Below are positions 52,762 through 64,000 of a stretch of DNA of 64,000 nt, one piece after another. The DNA comes from Chiloscyllium plagiosum (taxonomy: Eukaryota). The stretch is from positions 12,403,138 through 12,467,137 of the forward strand of contig NC_057753.1 in NCBI RefSeq assembly GCF_004010195.1, in the 5' to 3' direction. The notes beneath the pieces are model-generated. The model did not search any database, was not told where the DNA came from, and saw only the letters and a program-made list of their open reading frames with translations. Every line of letters begins with the position of its first letter. The stretch's first letter is position 1. The translations under genes were made by a program, and so were the position numbers.

Positions 52762-53086
52762 CTGAGCGCCGACTCAGTATATAATAATACACAGAGGAGT
52801 CATTTGCTTGTTTTTGTGAGATCATTGAGATTTTCACTGCAGGATCAATGGAAGCAGAAATTCATATGCCTGCACGATTTTCATTCGTCTGCTCTCCTGA
52901 CGTGAGTCTTTGAATTACGTGTTTGGGGGCTGACAGTACAAGTAAACTGTGTACGGACAGATCCCTGAATAATTACAGCTTAAAGTAACGGTGTAACCGG
53001 CAGGAGATATTTGTAGGGGTGGACCCCGAGAAACCAGGGAACAGGAACATTTAGGATGACATTCAGCATCATCACTCATTCATCCT
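52762..53086 (-). pseudogene. Leaderless NAR-TCR supporting V-delta (STCRDV) pseudogene
   Basis: AG acceptor at 53088-53087 with no leader exon nearby and a short N-terminal linker. Reads SPAGYTVTLSCNYSGICPYTVYLYCQ (extra CDR1 Cys) ..ISASIDPAVKIS..NDSSVYYYILSRRS. It has stops, frameshifts and C104Y. Confidence 0.85.
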
Positions 53087-53269
53087 CTGTTGAAAGGAGC
53101 AAATGCAAAATACAGGATTTTTTTCTGTTCATTTTGTTGATGTTATATTTTAATATGTTCTGTCTTGTTTAAATATAAACTAACGAGGTTATGAGGTGAC
53201 GTTTTGTTTTACGTATCTTCCTCTTGTGATGTGCAATACATTGTCAAAACAGGTCTTGAAAACTGATTC

Positions 53270-53470
53270 AACAGTAATGTTTAAATGTGTTATCGACATG
53301 TCAAAACCCTTTGATGAGAATGATGTTGAAGCGTTCATTATTCCATTGGAATAACTGGCTAGGCAGATGGAATGGTCCCAGAGTTTATGGGTAATGCTCT
53401 TTCAGACCAAACTGGCAGGCAGAGCTCGTGAGACAACTGCAGCGCTGTCAGATGAGGGGTCAAGAGTCTA
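53270..53470 (+). mobile_element. Gypsy-type gag fragment
   Basis: KPFDENDVEAFII..LARQMEWSQSLWVMLFQTKLAGRARE. Confidence 0.65.
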
Positions 53471-55365
53471 TGAAGACAAAGAATCCAAGGACAAAGAAAA
53501 TTTACAGCCTAGGAACAGGCCTTTCCACCCTCCAAGCCAAGCCGATCCAAATGTACTGTCTAAACCTGAAGGTGAATTCCTAAAAATTTGTATCCCTCTG
53601 TTCCCCACCTACTCATGCATCTGTCCAGTCGCATCTTAAATGAATCTACCGTGCCTGCCTCTACCACTTCTGCTGGCAACGTGTTCCAAACACCCACCAC
53701 CCTTTCTGTGAAGTACTTGCCGCGTGTATCCCCCTTAAACTTTCCACCTCTCACCTTGAACGCGTGACCTCTCGTTATTGAATCCTTCACCCTGGGAAAA
53801 CGCTTGTCCATCCTGTCGATACCCTTCATGATTTTGTAATCTTCAATCAGGTCCCTCCTCAATCTAATTTTTTTCTAATGAAAATAAACCTAACCTCTCT
53901 TCATAGCTAGCACTTTCCATACCAGGGCAACATCCTCGTCAACCTTCTCTGCACCCTCTCCAAAGCGTCCACATTCGTTCGTAATGTGGAGACCAGAACT
54001 ATACACAATATTCTAAATGCGGCCGAATCAATATATTATACAATTCTAACATGACTTACCAGCCCTTTTACTCAACATCCCGTCCAATGAAGGCAAGCAT
54101 ACTATATGCCTTCTTGACCACTCTATCCACCTGTGCAGCAACCTTCAGGGTACAATGGACCTGCACTCCCAGATCTCTCTGCCCATCAACTTTTCCCAAG
54201 GCTCTTCCATTCATTGCATAATTCGCTCTAGAATTAGTCTTGCCTAAATTCATCACATTTGTCTGGATTGAACGCCATCTGCAACTTTTCTGCCCAACTC
54301 TCCAGCCTATCTGTCTCCTCCTGTATTCTCTGACAGTCCCTTATGCTTTCTGCTACTTCTGAAATCTTCGTGTCATCTGCAAACTTGCTGATCATACCAA
54401 GAGTGCCCTCTTCCAGATCATTTATGTATATTACAAACAACAGTGGCCCCAACACTGACCCCTGTGGAACACCACTGGTCACTTTTCTACATTTCGAGAA
54501 ACTCCCTTCAATTACTACTCTCTGCCTCCTGTTGCTCAACCAGTTCTTTATCCACCTAGCTAGAACACCCTGCACACCATGTGACTTAACTTTCTCCATT
54601 AGTCTACCACGGGGAACCTTATCAAACGCCTTAATAAAGTCCATGTATATGACATTAACGGCCGTTCGTTCATCCATCAACTTGGTCACTTCCTCGAAGA
54701 ACTCTATTAATTTGGTAATGCACGATGTACCCACACAAAACCTTGTTGCCTGTCACTGATTAGCCCATTCTTTTCTAAATATAAATAGATCCTATCCCTC
54801 ACTATCCTCTCCAGTAACTTTCCCACCACCGACGTCAGGCTCATTGGTCTAGTTACCCGGAATATGCCAACTCTCATTCTTGTACAAGGAGATAGCATGA
54901 TCAACCTTCCAGTCCTCCAGCACCTCACCTGTATTTCAGGATGCCGCAAAGATATCTGTCAGGGCCCCAGCTACTTCCTCTCTCGCCTCCCTCAGCAACC
55001 TGCGATAGATCCCTTCCGGTTCTGGGGATTTGTCTACTTTGATAACCTCTAGCCGACCCAACACATCTTCCGTGCTTATGTCAACGTGATCCAGACTAAT
55101 AAAACCTTTATCTCTAATCTCAAGACTCATTATGTTCCTCTTCTCAGTGAACACTGATGCAAAGTAACCATTCCGAATCTCACCCATTCTCTCAGGTTCG
55201 GCACACAGCCTTCCTTCATTATCCTTTAGTGGACTAATCCTTTCTCTCGTTACCCGCTTGCTTCTTATATAATAATAAAATGCTTTGGAATTCTCCTTAA
55301 TTATGATTGCTAAAGCTATTTCATAACCCTTTGAGCCCGCTTGATTCCTTGTTTAAGACTTCGTT
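53471..55365 (-). mobile_element. CR1 LINE (5'-truncated, ORF2 RT) inside the NAR-TCR J to V-delta intron
   Basis: YMDFIKAFDKVP..SGVPQGSVLGPLLFVIYINDL..KFADDTK and RRDLIEDYKIMKGIDR. Confidence 0.92.
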
Positions 55366-56039
55366 TACACCAAACCGATGTCTTACAAAACTAAATTAAA
55401 TAAGCAAACATTCGTTCTCGTTTAACATGCATTCCTGAGGCTGGAAAAATGGGAACTTGATTGGTTAGATGAATGCAGATATGAAACGACCTGAAAATAA
55501 ATAGCAAGTCGATCATTCCTGACAACTATACTTCAAATATACTTCTCCATCTTGACTTACACATAGATCTCTTATACCTGAGATTCGCTGAGTAATCTTT
55601 CTGATTTTCTGGTGGGACAAGTGTTTTTTGTTGAACCTTTAGAATTTGGGCTTGAATTTATGCCTGGTACAAAGCCTTCTCTTGTGACCTAAGCAACAGA
55701 AGGAGCAACGTCGGTCACAGATAACTCCGAAAATGGAGTCCAGACGGTCGGCACTCTTCATTCATTTAAGCACCTGTTCGCCATATTGATGGTCACCCTC
55801 TATTGATCTGTTAGACCAGAGATTCTCGCGGTGCAGTGAAACCACCGACCTAGGGCCAGGTGTCATTCATTCTTTTTCCTGTGGAAACCAGGACCTGACT
55901 CGAATATTCTGTTCTCAACTCGGACATTGGAACAGAATCCGTTCCTTCTAAAATATTTGATTTAGTTACTTTGATAATAACAATAAATCGATTGTTCAGC
56001 AACATAAACCGGTGCAAGATGGAATGCAGAGTTACTTAC

Positions 56040-56128
56040 CAGTTTCGACAGTCACGGCCGTTCCTGATCCATCTACTTAATCATAATGACACAATCATGC
56101 TCCTCTCAACCTCCAATGTACAAGAACC
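56040..56128 (-). other. NAR-TCR J segment (56089-56040) with 23-RSS
   Basis: Minus strand: GGTTCTTGT(56128-56120)-23-GATTGTG(56096-56090), then HYD*VDGSGTAVTVET and a phase-1 GTAAGT donor. DGxGT is IgNAR-J-like rather than the TCR FGxG. Confidence 0.85.
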
Positions 56129-56434
56129 AGTGGTACCTCAAACGATCGAAAAATCATTAACACGGTGCTTGAGCAAGCTAATTTTCACGAGATTTAGATA
56201 AATAGCCAATATTCTCTGTGGCCAAGTTTCCTTTGCCTCAGGTCACCTGATCTTCTGTCAAATGGCGCTGGAATACAGAAGGTGGATGTTCACATCATAT
56301 CAGATGAGAAGAATCGAAAAAAGAAATAGGTGCTTGCGAGGGAGTGTAAAGGTATCGGCCGACATTACAGCGAAGTGAACTTCAAGCTGACAATTGATAT
56401 TGGTGCTGGAGAATTTATATTTTAATTGTGCAGA

Positions 56435-56506
56435 GGTATTTGTTCGGGCTCCTTTCACTGTGCTTTCTTCCAAAATGGCACAGTGCTATAATTCTGTGTA
56501 AAACTT
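56435..56506 (-). other. NAR-TCR D segment (16 nt, 56463-56478) with 12-RSS on both sides
   Basis: + strand GGTATTTGT-12-CACTGTG, CTTTCTTCCAAAATGG, CACAGTG-12-GTAAAACTT. Both heptamers are perfect. Confidence 0.85.
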
Positions 56507-56822
56507 CCCAAGACTAGTTGAGATTTGGGACATTACAGCTGAACTGAAATTCCCCAATTCCAGTTGTTAGAACATGATACCCACTCACGTCAGTATCTTT
56601 TAACTGTGATCAGCATTCCTAACTTCCATTCACCCACACCAGTCTTGACAGAGGTATCACCAAACGAACACACTTGTCATCTGTGAAACACATAATGTTT
56701 TTTACAGTGATCCAGCCTAATAGTAATTTGGACTTTGGGGCAGAAGCTACGAGGCAGCAATGTGGGAATTTCTGGATAGATTGCCTCCGTTATCAATTTC
56801 TTTCTGCAATAATCTCCAGTGA

Positions 56823-57350
56823 GAGTCTTGGAGCGATGGGAAGCCGAGGCCCATCAGTGTGTATGCCGGACCAGTATCGAGCTTTACCGCAATTGGTGGC
56901 GGTGTCTTCAGCTCTGATATCCCAAGTGTACAACGAAAATGTATTTTTTACTTTATTCATGGACACAACACATCTCCCACCGCTTGTGATCCGCTCCCAT
57001 TCTGTTGCTGCCCGTGTTTGACGAAAGAATTGTTCACTCTCAAAATAATGATAAGAATTACGACTTTTAAAACATAGTTGATGGTGAGAGACTGGCACTC
57101 CTTTCTATTCACCACTACTCTGCTCTGCGTCACGGACTGACTGAAATAAGCTGGAATTTAAACAGAGAGAAGTGAGTGGATATTAGACCTGATATACACA
57201 ACATGGTTAAAACTGCAGACTCTGCTGGAATGCGGGCGAAATCGATAGCAGTGAAGTTTTAATTTCACGCAAAGTTGGTTTCTGTGATCGATACTCACAG
57301 GGTAAACAGACACACAGGATCAAACGAAGAAGTATGCCCGCGTTCCCGTG
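56823..57350 (-). pseudogene. NAR-TCR V pseudogene 2 (V exon 57150-56862; leader about 57350-57299)
   Basis: Reads YFSQSVTQS /frameshift/ VVVNRKECQSLTINY /frameshift/ SYHYFESEQFFRQTRAATEWERITSGGRCVVSMNKVKNTFSLYTWDIRAEDTATNCGKARYWSGI. RSS is CACACTG(56861-56855)-23-CCAAGACTC. Leader GILLRLILCVCLP has a GTGAGT donor but no ATG. Confidence 0.88.
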
Positions 57351-58341
57351 TTTGGATCTGGTAGTTTGATGATGGGAAAGGGCAGATTACTCCTGAAGTC
57401 TGTATCGTGACCTGGACTGAAGTTCTTCAGATGGATGGAGTCTAGTTGCTAGCTGCGGTGTCCATGAGATGTTTGAGAGCCCGAGCTAATTCAAGATCTC
57501 TGTATTTGAGACAGGTTTGAAGAGGTAGCCTACAGTTTTACGCCACTTCACCAGCTCTGTAAGCGACATAGTAATCACCTCCCATGTTCGCTCAAAGCCC
57601 AAGGGGTGGTGTGGCGCTGATGGTGGGGACATTTTCTGTCAGTGATCACTGCAGCCCTTCCTGTCCGCGCGCTAATTAGCTGGGTACTCAGTCTGTGTTT
57701 TTATTTAGTCTTGTGTGCTGAGCAAAGAATGTGGAGCGATGATGCTGGGAGAAACCAAAAACAATATTCACTACTCGATCGTTCACAGAATCACTTTCTT
57801 ATAACTTCCTGCCTCGCCCCGACCTCATGTTAATTCAACATTTCTGCTGAGGATTTAATACTGAACAACTCAATGGGACCCAGGTGAAACATCTGATCAG
57901 GAAAACTAAACCTTAAACCTGGTGGCTTCACTCGGTCTTGCAATTAAGGCTCGGATTACAAAATGATATCATCCAGTGAGAAAGTTATGTTGAACATAGG
58001 TAATTTACACGACGAACACACATTCTCAGAAATTTAAAAAGTCAGTTTCTGCAACAGTCCTTTCTGACTGCTGTTCAAATTTAACCCTGAAAGATGTCCT
58101 AAGTTTTAACAAGCTTACCATGCATTCTTCTGAACTGTGGAGAATGCAGTCTGAGCTTCATGTCGGGACAATCCGACTGTTCCAATAATTAATCTGACGA
58201 GGTCTCATTGCTCTCCCTCTCTGGACTAGGGTTTAGTGCTAGTGGTGGGAGGTGCCATTCTAAAGGAATTTCATCTCAGACTTCACCAAAAACTAATGAT
58301 GTGTGATCTGTTGTGACTGTCATCATTTCTGTTCTTTTCAG

Positions 58342-58640
58342 GTTTAAATGTTGATGCTTTTTTGTTTGTTTTTCCCTTAAACCTTTACTAAAACCTGTTC
58401 TGAGTGTAAAATTGAGATGCAGAGGATTTTAAGTCTGTTAAAGTGAATACCTACTCACTACACAGGCTGGCGCTCAGTTTATAACATGTCAATGAACAGG
58501 AATATTATAAGAACGTAATTAAAAGAGGAAGTGTTTGAGAAACTCATTAGCGTTGGCAGCATTCACAGAGACAGTAATAGTTTATGTTGCGATTCCAAAG
58601 ATTGACCTTTGCAACGTGATTTACAGTTGTTGCCAGATCT
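58342..58640 (+). pseudogene. Possible highly decayed V relic
   Basis: Polypyrimidine-AG then GLNVDA; fragments VKLRCRGF, AQFI, GSIHRDSNS and FMLRFQRL in shifting frames. No RSS seen. Confidence 0.3.
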
Positions 58641-61279
58641 GCTGAATTTCTCTAAAACTTGAATGTCGTTAGTTCAGATCGCCAGTATCCGCATATTTTG
58701 GGCCATGGGCCCACGTGCATAGAAACACCGTTTCCGGATACTCCGTCACTGATTTTGACTATCCTACTGTTGCTGACCATGCCTTGAACTGTTTGGACCA
58801 TTAAATGTGGAATTCTCTCTCGAAATATTTGAAAACTTTTTCTTTCAATTTCCTCCTTGCAAACACTCATTACAACTGATCACTTTGGCCAAGATTTTCG
58901 TCATGTCATTTAATATGGCCTGAAGTACCTGTGAAACTCCGAGACACTTTGCTACGTGAAAACACCAGTCTTCAAGTTATTATTGATTGCGACCAGATCA
59001 CTGATTGAACGCAATAAGCTGTACCAATGTAACTCCAAAGATACAGATTGTTACAATAGAGCTGGAACTAAGGGATTGTATTATCCGTTTTCTGGATCAG
59101 GTCACTGTACTTTGTCGGAGCTTTTATTACAGAGCTAAGAGGCTCTGGTTTAATTGTATTATCCCTCTTGTTAAAATTCTGTAACAATATGTTTGTTGAA
59201 GAACGAGGTGAGGCAGTATAAACTGAAGAGTGAAGTGTAAACAATGGGAGTGTAACACGGACAGATGAGTGGTTGAAGGCTACCTTTCTTTGCTGGAACC
59301 AGGCTGTAGTTTTGTACTAATACCCACTGCACTTTGTTTGAATCCTGCAAACACGACCAAGTTACGAAGGTGCTACGTCTCACAAAGAGGCTTCAGATCC
59401 AGTTCTGGAGAAGAGGCACTCAACCTGATGCATTAATTCTGGGCCGAAGACATTCTTTCAGTGCTGGAAAGAACTATTTGATATGACTGGTAATCGATAC
59501 CTCCAGTACAGGATTCGACACAAGACAGGACATTGGGTGAGTTGAAGCGGAATGTGTGAGATCTTCTGCCCTGGTTCTTCCGGTTGATGGAGGTGGATGG
59601 TTCGAGAGATTATATCAACATTCCAGTAGGAACATAGTAGCCCACTTCTTGTTCTTCTACCTCCCCTGCCGATGTCTGCTTCGATAGAGGCCAAATTATT
59701 GTGAAGAGTATTAGATAAGAAATCATGAATCAATGACAATCCGACGGGTGTTTTTACTCACATTTTCCGAGTAATTTCCCAAGAATTTATCAGGTTCGTT
59801 CAAATCAATTTCACAACCTCCCTTTGTGCTTTTGAATGTTCTCTCTCTGACGATTTTCCATTTAGTATCAATTTCACAGGCAATGGAAAGGACAGGAAAA
59901 TTGACGGATGGATGGAAAATTGAACAAACCATTTTATCAGAACCGGGTGAAGTCGTTGAATTGATAATTAATTGAATATTATCTGTTTTGGAAGATTTAA
60001 GGAAAATGCCTTATTTGCAGTGCAGAGAAACTGTAATTGTGTTGCTTGAATGGACAAAACTGAAGCCAAACATCTGATCCAGCGGAACAGACAAGAATGA
60101 ATGTTCTATTGTGAATGGCATTCCTAACGTGGAGGATATGTTGCAGTATGTAACGAGCGATTCAATTGCCATTCTGTGCAGAAAACACATTGGTGGTAGC
60201 AAACAGAGAATACGCATTTCACTTGTTGGAACTGTGGAAGTGATTCTCTCAGTCATCCACCCTGTTGAAACATCATCAAGTTCACACTGAGAAAAAAACT
60301 GATTGCACACCCTTTTCTACAGTCTAAACTCCAGCAATTTTACACGTCTTGTCCATTCTGGAGAACAGTAATTTTGAATCGAAATGTTTCTCTTTCACAG
60401 ATACTGCCAGACAAGCTGAGCTTCTCCAGCACTTTCTGTTTTTGTTTCAGATATCCAGCTCCACAATGTTTTTTTTGACTAAGTAGCATTAGAACATGTG
60501 ACAGATAGATTGATCACGAAGGAGTTGGTTCAGTCGTGTATTTACGGAGTAAAGGGATTTATAGAGTAGGAACAATTTAAGGTGGAAATTTTAGAGCTTC
60601 TGTCATGTGCAACTGAAAAAGATGGCCCACAGTCATGAAGCAAGTGAAATCAAGAATGCACAACAGACATGACTGAGATGAGTGAAGACATTTTAAAACG
60701 TTTTGCTTCTGCAGGAGATTACATTGACAGGAGTAGTTATAACCCTGGAGCAAAACGACGATGTGAATCTTAAACTGTTGTGTGGCATCCAACCCCAAAA
60801 CGTTTATAATTTCAGGAAGACATGAATACATTATGTAAAGTAAGCTAAAACAAATGCAATTATTTTCAGAATCAGTGACATCGTCGACATTTGTGGACAT
60901 TGTAAGTGAACTTCTCTATTTTTCCTAAATAATTTTTGATTTTCTACTCTGCCACCCTTTGAGGCACTGAATTAAAAGTCATAGGTCGCTGGTTAATGAT
61001 TTGCCCCTCAAGTCCACCAAAACCACCTACCATTGAACCAGCAAGTCATCGATGCCTCCAGTACAAAAACAAATCAAACCAAATCAAATCAGATAAGTGG
61101 AAAGCACTTCTCTCGTGACGCCCTTGGGAATCGTAGTCTCCACGACTAGAAACTGCATGGTTTTTCTAACAGTTTGGACGTCTGTATGGTCACTTTCTCA
61201 ATGACTAATCGAAAATGTTTTGATTCATTATCTACCCCAAGACCTGCAACAATGTGTTCTGAACTATGAATGAGATTGC

Positions 61280-62318
61280 ATTTGTGATTTTGTTGCTGTA
61301 TGACCTGATTGGATTACAATGACTTTGTTTCCCCATATTCAGGGATGATGAACAGCGTCGTTCTGTGTGAAGTCGCTGGTGTATCAGCAGCTCAGATGAA
61401 TTAGTAAATCCCTTCCCCCACTCAAAAGAGGAGCGTGTTGTACTTACAAGACGAATCATTGTTGCGCTAAATGTAAGGATGATGTGGTAAATATTTTCCC
61501 ACTCATGGCGGGAGAATGGCGTCGCGTTGCGTGAATTCACGGATGTACAGTGAGTTGTGGCGATCTCTTGAACCTACTACTATCGTGAGATGAGAAGAGC
61601 TGTGTGTCATCATTATGAACACATTGATGAAGAATAAGTTCACCAGAGCGACTTTCGAATTTCTGGCAGTTTGGACATTTAAAAGGTCTCTTTTCTATCA
61701 GTGTGAACGCAGTGATGTGAGAGCATATGTGATGGCCCGATGAATCCCTTTCCATACTTCGAACAAATCAACGGCTTCGACTCTGTAACTTTGTCGATGG
61801 ATTTCTAACTCATATGGGTATCCGAACCCTTTCCCACAATCCATAGCGTGGGTGAAATTGGATCTCTCGAGTCTGGATGATCTTTTGAAGCCTTCTCCAC
61901 ACTCAATACGTGTTCGTTTAATTGCACATTTATTGGTGACATGACTATTGAAGAGACTTAGCTTCAAATCTATGTTAGCCTCGGCCATCTTTTCAAAGTT
62001 TGGTCAGACTTCTGACATTTATTTATTCACTTATTCCTGGTTGTCATTGAACTATCAACCTCATATTTGTCACAAGTGCTTTTTCCCTGAGAATCTTAAT
62101 TTTGTTTATGCATTTTGTCTTCAAAATAGCATTGGCTTTGCGACCACTGTCTGCACCGTTGATGGGAATATATCTTAATCGTGTCGGAAGTATTTCTGCT
62201 TGAAAGCAGTTCAATGTTCACCCGTGATTTTGATTGCAATTTATCTGGCTCCGATCGATTTGTACCGATTGAAATTTGGTTTTCACCAACGACTCTGATT
62301 CTTTGCTGCATTCTTTGC
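61280..62318 (-). pseudogene. C2H2 zinc-finger gene pseudogene
   Basis: ECGEGFKRSSRLE, DCGKGFGYPYELEIHRQ, EKRPFKCPNCQK..LILHQCVH and GKGFTNSSELLIHQRLHTE, across frameshifts. Confidence 0.75.
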
Positions 62319-63199
62319 CTACAGGTGAAAGGAACGAACGTTGGTGTTCCAACTTCAAAACAAATGATGTTCAGGACTTGATGACTTTAACGACTCTGTC
62401 AGATTTTGATGTGACAGATGAGCTCAGTTTCACAGCTGCCAAGTATCTGCTTCAAATGCACTGCAGAAACAAAACGTAATTAAAGCCTTCAATACCAGTT
62501 CAGAATGGAAGTGCAGAAGTGAATATTCTCTTGAATAAATGTACAGTAATGCAAAGGCTGGAGATCTGAAACGAAGGAGTAACTTAACAGGTCCAGCAGC
62601 ATCTTAGTAGAGTAACTTACAATTAACATTTCAAGTTCAGCGACTCTTATGTATTATTGGAAACGAAACGCTGATTTCCCTCCAAAGATGCTGCCAGACA
62701 TGAGTTATTTCGCAATTCCAGCCTTACTTCACTTTTCCTCTTGGTTTAAATTGCCCGTGGGTAAATCCCCTGCAAAATGATTTTACCAACTCCATCCCTG
62801 TACATTTTGCAGAGACACTCACAGCTTTCCTTTCCGGTTTCAGGATTCGCGCGCATGCACGCTGTTGACCATTTAACTCCACCAGCAAAGACGTTAACCG
62901 TTAGTCAGGGCTTGTCATTGAGACATGCGGTATCACAACTTCAAGCTGTTCACTATCAGTGCAGGACCATGAGTGTCATATTCGAGGTTTGAGGTCTGCA
63001 CTGGGTGTTTATGACGTTCTATCAAGGAACCATCAGTGATGAGTTCGTTCTGCAGATGCAGTCCTAGAATAATTTAGGCAGAACGAATGAGAATAGATTG
63101 TTTTTTTATTAATTAGTTGAAACTGAGGAATCTTAAGAACCGATGCATGGGTAAGGGACGATTGCGAGTTGTAGAGTGAGGGAATACAAATAAGGTTAG

Positions 63200-64000
63200 A
63201 TTTGGAGTCTGATGAGGAATCACAACGTAGCAATTTTAATACGGGCAAGAAGCTCCAACAGAACATGCTGCTGCCGTTGCTTATAAAAGGAGGGAGACAG
63301 CTGCAATACATTCCTTGGGGAACCCAGGATCTGGAAAGGCTGAGAAATGTGCTGCCCAATTTACATGATGGAGCAGGAAAGTAGATTAGAGCCTTTGAAG
63401 AAGACATCGCATGACAGTTGTTGGCTATGGGGGATTTGAAGGTCCTGCCAATATGGCTAGTGGGACACCCGACTTTAAGAAAGATAATTGACTGAGCCCA
63501 CTTGAAGAATGCTGTGGACAATCCGATGATTGATGGTGCTGCGTTTGATCGAGTAAGACAAAGGGTATATGGCAGGCCCTTGGACTCGCTTAAGATCGAT
63601 CCCAACGCTTTGAGAAAGGATCCATTGGGAGACACTGAATAGCATGCAGTCTATTTGGAAAACCAGTTGAAAAGTTGGAAGTTTGATACAGAACACGCTA
63701 TGGAAGGTAGTCAGCTGTTGATCACTATGTTTCAGACTGCTATTTTTGAGGCAATGCCCCCTCAAGTCAACTCTAAGCTAGAGGAGGTAGTGTATCTAAC
63801 GTCCATGGCCCTCCAGGAATTCAGAGATCATGTCATCCGTGCGGTCGAAAGATACCACAAAGACAAAAAGAAGCTGCCTGAAAGCAGGAGGAGATGCTAA
63901 GAAATTTGACGCAAATGCAGCTCGTGGAACTTGAAAAGACACTGAGAGAAAAGTAAGAGTATGTTGCCAGTGACAACTGGGATGTTCAGCGCCAATGAAA
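63200..64000 (+). mobile_element. Endogenous retrovirus gag (capsid-like) remnant, running off the window
   Basis: LLPLLIKGGRQLQYIPWGTQDLERLRNVLPNLHDGAGK*IRAFEE..LAMGDLKVL resembles fish ERV gag (YxPW..DL..LP.L..GA.KWI..FE). Confidence 0.6.

Noticed and set aside
55680-55930. Minus-strand FSELSVTDVAP fragment resembling V FR3 within the J to V-delta intron
   Set aside because: No convincing C23, W41, YYC or RSS, so it cannot be supported by eye.
59290-59620. Minus-strand fragments (HPPPS..MSCLVSN) reminiscent of an Ig C1 domain
   Set aside because: The motifs are in different frames and too short; chance similarity cannot be excluded.

Overview
Vertebrate genomic DNA, almost certainly from a cartilaginous fish (shark): it carries NAR-TCR gene segments, HE1-like SINEs and a GPR139-like GPCR. 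The window is part of the V-segment region of the T-cell receptor alpha/delta locus. I can support about 14 V segments or V pseudogenes, most ending in a 22/23-bp-spacer recombination signal (RSS), in both orientations. Four look potentially usable: 13715-14048 (+), 16569-17318 (+), 33379-33811 (-) and 26576-27003 (-, with a trimmable terminal stop). There are two decayed NAR-TCR cassettes on the minus strand. One is complete in layout (L, IgNAR-like V-23RSS, 12-D-12, 23-J, leaderless supporting V-delta; 52719-57350). The other is cut by a Penelope-like insertion at the left edge (156-1068). The most unusual features are: (1) a tandem array of four 23-RSS copies behind the supporting V-delta, one with a perfect heptamer; (2) a tandemly amplified TCR V family with leader and V in one intronless exon; (3) an open-frame V exon lacking both canonical cysteines but with a near-consensus RSS; (4) a spacing-conserved triple CCAAT promoter and CTCF-like motifs at V promoters. 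Interspersed are a two-exon GPR139-like pseudogene, a possible odorant-receptor relic, a C2H2 zinc-finger pseudogene, ERV/Gypsy pieces, CR1 LINEs and many Penelope-like elements, two with well-formed minimal hammerhead ribozymes. All calls were made by eye; family names are not database-verified.
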